A DNA stretch of 64,000 bases, from positions 640,001 through 704,000 of the forward strand of contig CBDHHL010000032.1 in assembly GCA_965263355.1 (NCBI GenBank), written 5' to 3'. Positions 53,965 through 63,844 of this stretch are shown here, piece by piece. The notes beneath the pieces are model-generated. The model did no database searches, was not told where the DNA came from, and saw nothing but the letters and a program-made list of their open reading frames with translations. Made by a program: the position numbers and the translations under genes. Numbering within the stretch: the stretch's first letter is position 1; each line of letters starts with the position of its first letter. The stretch comes from Leptolyngbyaceae cyanobacterium (GTDB taxonomy: Bacteria; Cyanobacteriota; Cyanobacteriia; Phormidesmidales; Phormidesmidaceae).

Positions 53965-54948
53965 ATGGTCGAAGTCTCTACCACTACATTTATTGATCGC
54001 TCCCATTGGGGACGTATCCAAGTTTCTGGGGCCGATCGACTGCGCTTTCTCCATAACCAAACCACTAATGATTTTGAGTCATTGGCTCCCGGTCAGGGCT
54101 GTGAAACCGTATTTGTCACCTCCACCGCCCGCACGTTAGATCTAGCCAGTGCTTATGTAAATGACGATAGCGTTTTGCTAATGGTATCTCCCGACATGGC
54201 ACCGGAGCTAATTGCCTGGATGGACCGATACATCTTTTTTGCCGACAAAGTTACCCTGAGCGATCAAACTGACACCACATTTGCCATTACCCTTTTGGGT
54301 CCTGAAACTGATCAGCTTTTAACTAAACTTGAGCTACCTCAACCTGATCGTAGTTCCTGCAGCCATATCCATACTCGTTGGCCCATCGAGAACATCAACA
54401 TTCAAATCGTTAGAGAAACAGGTATAGCTATGCATGGCTATACCCTGATAGGGCCTCAAAAACAAAAAACAGTTCTACAAAACTGGCTGATAGAACATCA
54501 GGTGACGGCTCTATCTCCCCAAGCATGGGAAGTACTGCGAATTCGTCAAGGCCGCCCCATGCCTAATCAGGAACTAACGGACAAAGATAACCCCTTAGAA
54601 GCAGGTCTATGGCATACCGTTTCCTTTGAAAAGGGCTGTTATATCGGCCAGGAAACTATAGCCCGACTCAACACCTATCAGGGGGTAAAAAAACAACTTT
54701 GGGGCTTCCAAATCAGTCAACCAGTAACCGCTAATGTTTCTATCAAACTAGACGGCACTCAGGTGGGTAGACTTACTAGCGTAGCTGCTGACAATACAGG
54801 CATTTGGGCATTAGGATACCTACGTACTAAAGCCGGTGGCGCAGGATTAACCGTAGATATAGAAGACACTACAGCTAAGGTGATTGAGCTACCGTTTTTA
54901 TCCCGTGGTTATTTGGCAAACAGCCAGCCTCCAGTAACCTCGACTTAA
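53965..54948 (+). CDS. ygfZ: Folate-binding protein YgfZ (GcvT family)
   Basis: GADRLRFLHNQTTN and the signature KGCYIGQE. Confidence 0.92.
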   Translation: MVEVSTTTFIDRSHWGRIQVSGADRLRFLHNQTTNDFESLAPGQGCETVFVTSTARTLDLASAYVNDDSVLLMVSPDMAPELIAWMDRYIFFADKVTLSDQTDTTFAITLLGPETDQLLTKLELPQPDRSSCSHIHTRWPIENINIQIVRETGIAMHGYTLIGPQKQKTVLQNWLIEHQVTALSPQAWEVLRIRQGRPMPNQELTDKDNPLEAGLWHTVSFEKGCYIGQETIARLNTYQGVKKQLWGFQISQPVTANVSIKLDGTQVGRLTSVAADNTGIWALGYLRTKAGGAGLTVDIEDTTAKVIELPFLSRGYLANSQPPVTST

Positions 54949-55289
54949 CTCAATAGATAAGAATGTTATTTTTTAAGGTTTTCTCAGGATTTTCTGTTTT
55001 TAGCAGAACAACTAATGGCTACAATAAATGAAAAGCATAGCTTTGCTCTGCAGATGCAAAATTTCTTAGAAAATTTTTCTGAGCTGAAAGACTAGGGCTA
55101 GCATGGGTACTCTGAAAGTAACCTGAGTGGTTCATGTCAGTTTGGTTCTAACAAACGCTCGTATCTGCAGAATTGGGCTAGCACCATCAGGTTTGAAAAA
55201 ACTTTTTTTTGACTATGCCTATCTCAAGACAGGCATAGTCGGTTTCATATCAATGTGGCAAATAACAATTTTATTTAGAGGCTTAAGTC

Positions 55290-55838
55290 ATGGCAGCATC
55301 CCTTTGGAGACTACCGCTTGATCGAGCAGTTCGCTACGCTGTTAGCGATGCTCTAGCGTCCGTCAAATCCCATGTGTACGATTTAGAGTACAACCAACGT
55401 CGGTCTCCCCAGGAAGTAGTGACCTGGAATAATTATCTGGCCGACTTGAGGGCTCTACACCAGTTGCTACTCAATTTACCTAGCTTAGAAACAGCCCAAT
55501 GGTTGACTGATGACCAGGCCTATGGCGCTCCCACATTCACCCCATTTGTCCATGGCATCACCGATGCTAGGACCAGCATTCGACGCGTTCATAATTGGTT
55601 ACTTTCCCTCCCTCAGAAAACAGCTGTAGATAGTACATATGAATTCGAAGACAAATCTGTTCTATCAGAACAGCAACACTATGCTTATCAGATTGACAAA
55701 GCCCTAACCAAGCTCCAGATGTTGCCTACTCCTGGTAGTGAGGCATGGTATGCAACATATGAGCCGACTCTGGAGCATTCTCTAACGCCGTTAACCACAA
55801 CAGCACCACAGCAAACCTTAGAACCTGCTGTAGCCTAA
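55290..55838 (+). CDS. Hypothetical protein
   Basis: 182 aa ORF with GAGG upstream and a terminator downstream; no motif recognised. Confidence 0.6.
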   Translation: MAASLWRLPLDRAVRYAVSDALASVKSHVYDLEYNQRRSPQEVVTWNNYLADLRALHQLLLNLPSLETAQWLTDDQAYGAPTFTPFVHGITDARTSIRRVHNWLLSLPQKTAVDSTYEFEDKSVLSEQQHYAYQIDKALTKLQMLPTPGSEAWYATYEPTLEHSLTPLTTTAPQQTLEPAVA

Positions 55839-55899
55839 TCTAATCCGGCTTGGTTTTTTCTGCTTGGTATTGCTTTACATTGTATGCTGAATTATCCAC

Positions 55900-55931
55900 A
55901 AAGGGAGCTGCCATAAAAGGCGGCTCCCTTT
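55900..55931 (+). terminator. Probable terminator
   Basis: AAAGGGAGCTGCC-ataaaa-GGCGGCTCCCTTT. Confidence 0.7.
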
Positions 55932-56075
55932 AGTGTTTTGTATCAGTTCAACCTTTATGACTTACAACAAGACAACCTTCTGGATATAGGCCCATACGGA
56001 CAAGGACGATGGGACTTTCCGATGTCTTCCGGGCACTCTACTGGTTGAATTAAGCCAGAATGGACATCTCCAATA

Positions 56076-58667
56076 ATGATGATGCAGAAATGGTTAAATC
56101 AGCTGCTCAAACAAACCTTTATGGGGCAAAAGCTACTGAAATGGTGGCTATACTCTGTGATGATTTGTCTGCTAATTATTCTAACTAGACCTAGTTTGGC
56201 AATCCAAACACCGCCAGATTTGCTGCCAGATTCACTTTTGAGCTACGGCCATCAAGCCTATGCATCAGGCCAATTCCACTTAGCAAGACAGCAGTGGCAA
56301 CAGGCGGCCCATCACTATAGCCAGCAACAAAAACCGGCTGAAACCGCATTGAGCCTAAGCTATTTAGCGCTTTCTTACCAGGAATTGGGACAATGGCAAA
56401 AGGCCAAGCAAACTATTGAGCAAAGTTTAGCGCTATTAGAAGCCCATGGACCAGCACCTAAGATCCAGGCCCATGTGCTTAATACCTATGGCAATATTCA
56501 ACTTGCTTTGGGACAACCAGAAGCTGCCCTAGCTACATGGCAAGAAGCCACCACCTACTATCAACAACTTGAAGATCAGGTAGGTCAGCTAGGCAGTCAA
56601 TTAAATCAGGCCCAGGCCATGCAGACCCTAGGGTTTTATCGCCGTGCCAAAACCTTATTGGATGAGCTGACAATCCAAGTTAATCAGCAGTCTGACTCAC
56701 TACTAAAAGCGACAACACTACGTAGTTTAGGCAACTTACTTCAGATAACAGGTAGTCTTGAGCAAGCTCAGACCCTGCTCGAACAAAGTTTAGCAATTAC
56801 TAAAACCCTAAACCAACCAGCGGAAACAAGTAAAACCCTCTTTGCCTTAGCCAATAACTTCAGAGCCCGTCATCAACCGGAGCAAGCTTTGGAGATTTAC
56901 CAACAGTTGATCGTTCTCACAGACAGTCCTCCAGATCGGCTTGAGACTCAACTTAATTTGTTAAGTCTACTGGTGGAATTACAACGATGGGAAGTTGTTC
57001 AACCGCTATTGACTGAATTGAGTCAGCAGTTACCCGATTTACAAGCTAGCCGACCTGCCATTTACAGTCGGGTAAATTTTGCTGAAAGTGCACTTAAATT
57101 TAATCAGGAACGCCCCAATGAAATACCAGCTATTTCTATCCATCATTTAGCCGAGCTGTTAGCTCAAGGAGCGCAGCAGGCACACGCATTACATGACTCG
57201 CGGGCTGAGTCCCTAGCATTGGGTCAACTGGGCAAGTTATATATAACAACCCAACAGTGGCATAATGCGACTGATGTCACACAAAAGGCAATTCACCTGG
57301 CAAAACGTAGCCATGCTCGAGATATTAGCTATCGTTGGCAGTGGCAGTTAGGCGACATCTATCAGCAAAAACAACAGCCACAGCATGCGATCGCAACCTA
57401 TACCGAAGCTGTTGACACCCTTTCCTCCGTACGCGCAGATCTATTAGCGACTAATTCTGAACTCCAGTTCAGCATCAAAGAAAAAGTTGAACCACTCTAC
57501 CGTGATTTAGTCGGTCTGCTATTAAAGCCAGAAGTCCCTGATCAAAAAGCGTTAATACAAGCTCGTAATCTGATTGAAGATCTACAGCTAGTCGAATTAG
57601 AAAACTATTTTCGGTCTGCATGCATTGACACCCAAGCCAAACAAGTTGATCAAATTGATCCACATGCCGCAGTTATTTATCCCATCATTCTGTCAGATCG
57701 GCTAGAAATTGTTCTAGCATTACCCAACCAACCACTCAGCCACTATCGCACCGAAATACCCGATACTGAACTCGAAAATACCCTCAATCAGTTTTTTATT
57801 GCCTTTAATCCAGCTTTGTCCAATCAACGACGGCTGCAACTCTCAAAACAACTATACGACTGGTTAATTCAACCAGCTGCTGCTGAGTTAGCGCAGCATA
57901 ATATCAAAACCCTGGTATTCGTGCTGGATGGCAAACTAAGAAATATTCCCATGGCAGCCCTCTACGATGGCGAAAAATATCTAATAGAAACCTACAGCGT
58001 TGCGTTGACCCCTGGCTTAGAACTAATGGGTCCTCATTTTCACCAGCCCAAACCCCTAGAGGCTCTGATCCTGGGGGTCAGCGAACCACGCCAAGGATTT
58101 TCTCCCCTCCCAGGTGTAAAAGATGAGATTGAAAAAATTGCCGCCAATGTCGAACAAGCCCAGGTATATATCAATCAAGCATTCACTAAACAAACCTTTA
58201 AAGATCAACTCAAAGCCACTCCCTATCCCATTCTGCATCTTGCCACTCACGGCCAATTCAGCTCAGAGCTAGCTAGTACTTTTTTACTAGCCTGGGATGA
58301 AACCATCACCTTAGAAGATTTAGACACCCTCTTAACAGATCGGCGACTGCAGAACAACAATCCGATTGAGCTAATGGTTTTGAGTGCTTGTCAAACTGCC
58401 GAGGGAGATGATCGAGCTACCTTAGGATTAGCGGGTATGGCAATCAAGTCTGGAGCCCGTAGCACCCTAGCGACCTTATGGTCAGTCAATGATAAATCTA
58501 CAGTCCAACTGATCAACTATTTTTATGACGCTCTAAGCAATACAGAGGTCTCAACCACCAAAGCCGAAGCTCTTCGTCAAGCACAAATTTCCCTAATTAA
58601 AAACAAACACTATTCACATCCATTCTATTGGGCTCCCTTTGTACTGATTGGGAATTGGCTAACTTAA
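56076..58667 (+). CDS. TPR-repeat plus CHAT (caspase-like, clan CD) protease with predicted signal peptide
   Basis: Many TPR-like helices; catalytic His in HLATHG (H725) and Cys in LSACQTA (C772); GARSTLATLWSV and HPFYWAPFVLIGNW; N-terminal KWWLYSVMICLLIILTRPSLA. Confidence 0.92.
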   Translation: MMMQKWLNQLLKQTFMGQKLLKWWLYSVMICLLIILTRPSLAIQTPPDLLPDSLLSYGHQAYASGQFHLARQQWQQAAHHYSQQQKPAETALSLSYLALSYQELGQWQKAKQTIEQSLALLEAHGPAPKIQAHVLNTYGNIQLALGQPEAALATWQEATTYYQQLEDQVGQLGSQLNQAQAMQTLGFYRRAKTLLDELTIQVNQQSDSLLKATTLRSLGNLLQITGSLEQAQTLLEQSLAITKTLNQPAETSKTLFALANNFRARHQPEQALEIYQQLIVLTDSPPDRLETQLNLLSLLVELQRWEVVQPLLTELSQQLPDLQASRPAIYSRVNFAESALKFNQERPNEIPAISIHHLAELLAQGAQQAHALHDSRAESLALGQLGKLYITTQQWHNATDVTQKAIHLAKRSHARDISYRWQWQLGDIYQQKQQPQHAIATYTEAVDTLSSVRADLLATNSELQFSIKEKVEPLYRDLVGLLLKPEVPDQKALIQARNLIEDLQLVELENYFRSACIDTQAKQVDQIDPHAAVIYPIILSDRLEIVLALPNQPLSHYRTEIPDTELENTLNQFFIAFNPALSNQRRLQLSKQLYDWLIQPAAAELAQHNIKTLVFVLDGKLRNIPMAALYDGEKYLIETYSVALTPGLELMGPHFHQPKPLEALILGVSEPRQGFSPLPGVKDEIEKIAANVEQAQVYINQAFTKQTFKDQLKATPYPILHLATHGQFSSELASTFLLAWDETITLEDLDTLLTDRRLQNNNPIELMVLSACQTAEGDDRATLGLAGMAIKSGARSTLATLWSVNDKSTVQLINYFYDALSNTEVSTTKAEALRQAQISLIKNKHYSHPFYWAPFVLIGNWLT

Positions 58668-58905
58668 ACCACAGCCAAGTTAAAACCTATAGTCTCTTCC
58701 ACAGCCCACCGTCCTTGAATAAATCAAGTTAGCCATATGCCCCGTGTAAACACGGAGATTTTTTACTAATATCGAAACACCAAATACAATCTTCACATCT
58801 ATTTCCGTTAAAACACATAAATTTTCTCCTATTCACTTTGTTAGGTTAGTAAAAACAACTACATAGGATGTATTCATTATCCTACTGCTGTTTTTATAGG
58901 CGAAC

Positions 58906-59625
58906 ATGATTAGACTTATGGTGCGACATTACATAACAACTGGCATCGCAATATCGGCGATTTTATTGAGCTGTGGCACTGCTATGGCCGAAATTTCAAC
59001 AGAAAATCTAAATGCTACGTCATTACCAACGAATGACTGGTCTTTCTGGCCAACGGATGACGATAAAGCACCCAACAATACGGTCAGCGGCGCATCTCGA
59101 GGGAGTTGTTCCAACGACCAAGTAATTGCCCTATTACCCAGTTCTCAATATGGGCTTACCAGCAAATCTCATCCTGAGATATTAGTAGCTACCACCTCAG
59201 TGGATACAACGGATCAAGCACTTTTTAGCATGCAATCAGCAGACGGTTACTACTACGAAACCTATATTGAATTACCAGATACCCCAGGCATCATCAATAT
59301 TGCACTACCGAGTGAGGCTCCGGCCTTAGATGTTAATCAGCTCTACCAATGGTCATTAGTCTTGATGTGTAATAACCAATTAAGACCTGACAGCCCTGCA
59401 ATACAGGGATGGATCCAGACACAACCAATCAACAGTAACATCACCACACCTTCTATAGAACAGGCCATCGAGTATCGAGAAGCTCATTTGTGGTATGACA
59501 TGGTTGCATTATTGGCAGAACTACGACGACAAGAACCAACAAATCAAGCTGTTTATGAAGCTTGGCAAGGCGTTTTAGCTGGCCTTGAACTGATGGCTGT
59601 AGTGTATGAGCCGATTATTAAATAG
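58906..59625 (+). CDS. DUF928 domain protein with predicted signal peptide
   Basis: SGASRGSC, ALLP...GLTSKSHP, PGIINIALP, LYQWSLVLMC, QGWIQ, LWYD and W..VL...EL; typical position between CHAT and CHASE2 genes. Confidence 0.85.
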   Translation: MIRLMVRHYITTGIAISAILLSCGTAMAEISTENLNATSLPTNDWSFWPTDDDKAPNNTVSGASRGSCSNDQVIALLPSSQYGLTSKSHPEILVATTSVDTTDQALFSMQSADGYYYETYIELPDTPGIINIALPSEAPALDVNQLYQWSLVLMCNNQLRPDSPAIQGWIQTQPINSNITTPSIEQAIEYREAHLWYDMVALLAELRRQEPTNQAVYEAWQGVLAGLELMAVVYEPIIK

Positions 59626-59683
59626 CTGCTCTCTTGGCTGTGGGGGGCATGCTAAAAGAAACTCTTTGGCATCAAAATTGGGT

Positions 59684-61429
59684 ATGTTGCGATTGGGATG
59701 GCAAATTCGCCAACTAGGAGGAATTCTAGCCGTTTCATGTGGTATTTCAACACTAGTGATAGCTATTAGCATCACAGGAATATTGCAACCCTTAGAATGG
59801 TTTGCATTCGACCGTCTACTACAGCAGAAGGCCGCTGATACGCTTGATTCACGTTTCTTGATCGTCACCATCGGAGAGGAAGATCTGAGAAACCTTGGTG
59901 AATGGCCAATTTCTGATGGCAAAATGGCCAGTATGCTGCAAGAACTGCAGCGCCATCAACCTCGGGTCATCGGTATAGATATTTATCGAGATCTACCCGT
60001 TGGCACCGGACGTGAGCAGCTTAAAGCGGCCTTTCAAACTATTCCTAATATCGTTGGAGTAGAAAAGGTCATTGGTGAACCGGTACCACCACCGCCTGAA
60101 CTTGATCCACACCATCAAGTCGGCATGACTGATTTAGTTGCTGATGCTGACGGACGCATCAGACGAGGTTTATTGGCCATCCAATGCGATAAAGAACAAC
60201 AGCTGTGTAATGAAAACGAACATCAACAAATCAAATATGGATTAGCCACGAAGTTGGCTTTGATCTATTTAGAATCTGAACAGATTTATCCCCAGACAAT
60301 AGACAAAGACCGTTTACGACTGGGGCAAGCTATCTTGAAACGCTTAGCTGCTAATGATGGTGGTTATGCCAATGTGGATGCAGAGAGCACTCAAATTCTA
60401 ATCAACTATCCGGCAGGTCAATTATTTTTTGAGACCGTAACGTTTTCACAGGTCCTTAATGGAGAGGTATCTACCCACAAAATCCAGGATAAAGTCGTTC
60501 TGATTGGCGCAACAGCAGTTAGCCTAAATGACTTGCTATATACTCCCATGAGTTTGGAGGAACGCCTGCCGGGTGTATTTATCCATGCACATATTGCCAG
60601 CCAATTAATTGGCAGTGCCCTTAATGAACGTAGGCCCTTAAACGGAGCTTCTCCATGGGTTAAAAGCTTGTGGATTCTGCTATCAACCAACCTGGCTGTT
60701 ATCTTAGTGTCTTGGATTACAAACAAAGGAGGCCTATATCGACAAAAGAGTCTATTCTCCCTGGCATTTATCATGCCATGTGTATGGTCTGGAGTAATTG
60801 GGGTTACCTACGGCTTTTTGCTTATGGGCCTATGGTTACCCATAGCAGCATCCCTACTATCGATTTCTTCTTCTTCAATCCTATTGTTACTTCGACAAAA
60901 CCAGCAGCTCCATGGCTTAGCCTCTATCGATGGCCTCACTCGCATTGCGAATCGTCGTTCCTTCGACCATTACCTGCAACAATGCATTTATCTCCAAGAA
61001 AAACTAGCCCTCGTGCTCTGTGATGTAGATTATTTCAAACGTTATAACGATACCTACGGTCATCAAGAAGGGGATAAATGCCTGAGATTAGTAGCTAAAA
61101 CCCTAGAGCAAGGGGTACGACGCAGTGATTTTGTTGCTCGCTATGGTGGAGAAGAATTTGTGATTGTGTTACCAAATACAGAGACCTCCATGGCCTATGG
61201 AATTTTAGAGCGAGTTCAAAAACAGATAGCCAATTTGGAAATTGCCCATACAGCTTCGGAGGTTAGTGATTATGTGACCTTGAGCTTTGGTCTGGTGACT
61301 GTGGATAACCTGAAAGGTATTTCAGCCAAAGCCATCATTGAATGGGCTGATCACGCTTTATATCAAGCTAAAAAACTGGGACGCAACCGGGTTTCTGCAA
61401 CTATCTTTCCTCAAGATAGCTCACTTTAG
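59684..61429 (+). CDS. CHASE2-GGDEF diguanylate cyclase (start uncertain, 59606 or 59684)
   Basis: CHASE2 motifs LEWFAFD, PRVIGIDIYRDLP, DADGRIRR and PGVFIHA; 3 TMs; DGLTRIANRR, DVDYFKRYNDTYGH, RxxD I-site RRSD and GGEEF. Confidence 0.92.
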   Translation: MLRLGWQIRQLGGILAVSCGISTLVIAISITGILQPLEWFAFDRLLQQKAADTLDSRFLIVTIGEEDLRNLGEWPISDGKMASMLQELQRHQPRVIGIDIYRDLPVGTGREQLKAAFQTIPNIVGVEKVIGEPVPPPPELDPHHQVGMTDLVADADGRIRRGLLAIQCDKEQQLCNENEHQQIKYGLATKLALIYLESEQIYPQTIDKDRLRLGQAILKRLAANDGGYANVDAESTQILINYPAGQLFFETVTFSQVLNGEVSTHKIQDKVVLIGATAVSLNDLLYTPMSLEERLPGVFIHAHIASQLIGSALNERRPLNGASPWVKSLWILLSTNLAVILVSWITNKGGLYRQKSLFSLAFIMPCVWSGVIGVTYGFLLMGLWLPIAASLLSISSSSILLLLRQNQQLHGLASIDGLTRIANRRSFDHYLQQCIYLQEKLALVLCDVDYFKRYNDTYGHQEGDKCLRLVAKTLEQGVRRSDFVARYGGEEFVIVLPNTETSMAYGILERVQKQIANLEIAHTASEVSDYVTLSFGLVTVDNLKGISAKAIIEWADHALYQAKKLGRNRVSATIFPQDSSL

Positions 61430-62461
61430 GGGTAAACAAATAATGAAAGTAGCTCCTTTGTGAGCATTATCATACAAAAGTTGGCCATGGTGTTTCTCGA
61501 CAACGATTTGGTAGCTGAGGGCCATCCCTAAACCTGTTCCTTTACCTACTGGCTTAGTACTAAAAAACGGATCAAATATTTTTTCTTGAACATGGGAGGG
61601 AATACCTGGGCCATTGTCTGAAATTTCGATAATGACTTGTTCATTTTGATGGCGAGTGACAATCTTAATCTCAGGTTCTTTCACCCTGGCATCTCTCAAT
61701 GCATCAATGGCATTGGCCAGAATATTCATAAATACTTGATTAATCTGGCCAGCATAACAAGCAACTTGAGGCAACGGACTATAGGATTTAGTTACTCGAA
61801 TTTCAGAACAGTCAGAACTGGCTTTTAACCGATGGCCTAAAATCACCAAGGTACTGTCTAATCCAGCATGTAGATCAACTAGCTTGTACTCTGCTTCGTC
61901 CATGCGTGAAAATGTGCGCAATGAAAGAACAATCTCTCTAATGCGTTCAGCTCCCATACGCATTGACGACATCACCTTAGGCAAGTCATCTCTCAAAAAC
62001 TCTAGCTCAATAGTATCAATACAGTCCTTAACTTCAGGAGTTTGTTCTAGATAACATGCTTGATATACCGACACTAGAGTGAGCAAATCTTCCATGTACT
62101 GTTGTGCATACTCAAGGTTGCCATAGATAAAGCTAACAGGATTATTAATTTCATGGGCTACCCCTGCAACCAATACCCCAAGAGCTGACATTTTTTCTGC
62201 CGTTAGCAGCCGTGACTGCATCGCTCGTACATCATCTAAGGCTTGTTCCAGCTCTTGACTGCGCGCCTGTAGTGCCTGTTCAGACTGCTGTGCTTCTTGT
62301 ACCGCTTTAGACAGTAAAGACTCTGACATTTGGCGACTTTGGTGTAAGCGCTCAAGAATTCGCTCTTGGCGTAACAATGTCTTCTTAAGTTTGCGATTTT
62401 CCTTATCTAAGGTCTTGAGTTGCTCAGTTAGAGCTTGTTCCTTAGGGGATAGCTCTGTCAC
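61421..62461 (-). CDS. Cytoplasmic histidine kinase (coiled coil, HisKA, HATPase)
   Basis: AGVAHEINNP, NQVFMNILANAID, DNGPG, FDPFFSTKPVGKGTGLG; no TM or sensor domain. Confidence 0.93.
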   Translation of the reverse strand: MTELSPKEQALTEQLKTLDKENRKLKKTLLRQERILERLHQSRQMSESLLSKAVQEAQQSEQALQARSQELEQALDDVRAMQSRLLTAEKMSALGVLVAGVAHEINNPVSFIYGNLEYAQQYMEDLLTLVSVYQACYLEQTPEVKDCIDTIELEFLRDDLPKVMSSMRMGAERIREIVLSLRTFSRMDEAEYKLVDLHAGLDSTLVILGHRLKASSDCSEIRVTKSYSPLPQVACYAGQINQVFMNILANAIDALRDARVKEPEIKIVTRHQNEQVIIEISDNGPGIPSHVQEKIFDPFFSTKPVGKGTGLGMALSYQIVVEKHHGQLLYDNAHKGATFIICLPLK

Positions 62462-62463
62462 AG

Positions 62464-63618
62464 TTAATCTACTCCAAGTAACAGAGTAACTAGCGTTTCT
62501 TGATGAAAAAAGGATTTTCCCTGCATCTTAAGGGGGGCAATTTCACCATAGGCATAAAAGCCAACCATTGGCATAGCAGGGTCTAAAAACTGTTGTCCCA
62601 AGGCATATTCTTCCTTAGCTCGCCCTCCCAAAATCCAGCGTCTGGCTGCACAAGATATTAGAAAAGCAACTGCTGGCTGCTGACCAGGGTAATGGGCTAC
62701 GGCCTGTTCAATGGAAGATTTGGCGGCAATAATAATTTGATCGTGGGTAGCGTAGGTAATTTGTACTCTGGCCTGTTCAGGGACTTCTCCCATAAAATGA
62801 ATACTATTGGTATTGAGGTCCCATTGATTAGCGGCACGCAAGTAAAATCTGTCACTGCCTTTTTCATAGACAGCAAGGGGATACTCACCATAAATTGGCT
62901 GGGTACCTGTATATTCTTGAAAAAACTGGACAGCAGGCTGATGGTCTATTTCGTGGACAATTTCTCTATCTGCTTTTGTAACAATGGCAGGGCGACTGAG
63001 AGGTTGCCAGCCACTGGCAACCCCGTGGGATAGTTTAAGGCTGTCTCCACAAAATGCCAAAATAGGCAGCCCGTTGTGTACGACCTCTCCCTGATAAAAC
63101 TGATGGGTCTGTTGAAACTGATATTGATCACCAGCAAGACCACCAATAATGGGCGTTTCAGTAGAAAGTTTTGTCTGGATTTGTCGTAGGGAAACCTCTG
63201 TTCCGTCAGCTAGGCCATCAGGTAGGACGATACAAAGTTTAATGTCTTGCAAATTATCTATCTTTAGACTGTCTATTGCTTGGTTCGCTGCTGCTTTTGC
63301 ATCCTCAGACAAATTTCGGCCTAACCCGGCATGGATGGTAATGGTATCAGAGCAAAATAGCGTTAGGGTAATAGAATCTTCTTGAAATCCCTGTTCTGAG
63401 GATATTTCACCATCGGTCGTACAGCCAATGAGCTGAATGCCTGGAAATACGGTTTGGATACGTGCCAAAATCATCCCATAGTTAAAGTCCACTGCGGCAA
63501 AAAGGATACCGGCTTGGGGTAATTGATTATCTAATTGGGCGTGACACTGGTCTAAAATTTCTGCGATCGCATCTTCAGAGTCAATATCTGTACTGTGCCC
63601 AACAATGGCCTTAAACAT
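62464..63618 (-). CDS. FIST N/C domain sensory protein
   Basis: LIGCTTDGEI, PIIGGLAGD, GWQPL, EIDHQPA, SCAAR and GFYAYGEIAP. Confidence 0.9.
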   Translation of the reverse strand: MFKAIVGHSTDIDSEDAIAEILDQCHAQLDNQLPQAGILFAAVDFNYGMILARIQTVFPGIQLIGCTTDGEISSEQGFQEDSITLTLFCSDTITIHAGLGRNLSEDAKAAANQAIDSLKIDNLQDIKLCIVLPDGLADGTEVSLRQIQTKLSTETPIIGGLAGDQYQFQQTHQFYQGEVVHNGLPILAFCGDSLKLSHGVASGWQPLSRPAIVTKADREIVHEIDHQPAVQFFQEYTGTQPIYGEYPLAVYEKGSDRFYLRAANQWDLNTNSIHFMGEVPEQARVQITYATHDQIIIAAKSSIEQAVAHYPGQQPAVAFLISCAARRWILGGRAKEEYALGQQFLDPAMPMVGFYAYGEIAPLKMQGKSFFHQETLVTLLLGVD

Positions 63619-63844
63619 ATGCTTACAAATTCAGAATTCTTATAGAGTTTTCCCGAAACCACCTAACATCAGGGTGTATTTTTTAGTACTGGGATAGATC
63701 TTTATATTGGGGTAGACGCAATATAGTGCTCTGCACCGTAGTTAAAAATTGCGGCACCAACGAACAATTCATATTCCATTTGTGTGTAGATTAAACCTTA
63801 AACATGGTTTAACATTCCAAATCATTCACTAAAATACTTGTCCA

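Larger units (their letters stand above)
2384..63570. repeat. HIP1 octamer GCGATCGC dispersed through the window (about 20 copies by eye)
   Basis: Copies at e.g. 2384, 2471, 9471, 10806, 11326, 17579, 17953, 20443, 25642, 27097, 32613, 34202, 37213, 50719 and 63563; a cyanobacterial hallmark. Confidence 0.9.

Noticed and set aside
55892..55900. DnaA box TTATCCACA
   Set aside because: A single copy with no cluster and no dnaA/dnaN context; expected by chance.
55980..56075. Riboswitch upstream of the CHAT gene
   Set aside because: Only isolated fragments such as AAGCCAGAA; no complete cobalamin, c-di-GMP or glutamine riboswitch consensus was recognisable.
1525..63385. Numerous 60-160 aa ORFs antisense to or nested in the called genes (e.g. 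21025, 41914, 46547, 50412, 59575, 62692)
   Set aside because: Shadow frames of well-supported genes, with no motifs or independent expression signals.
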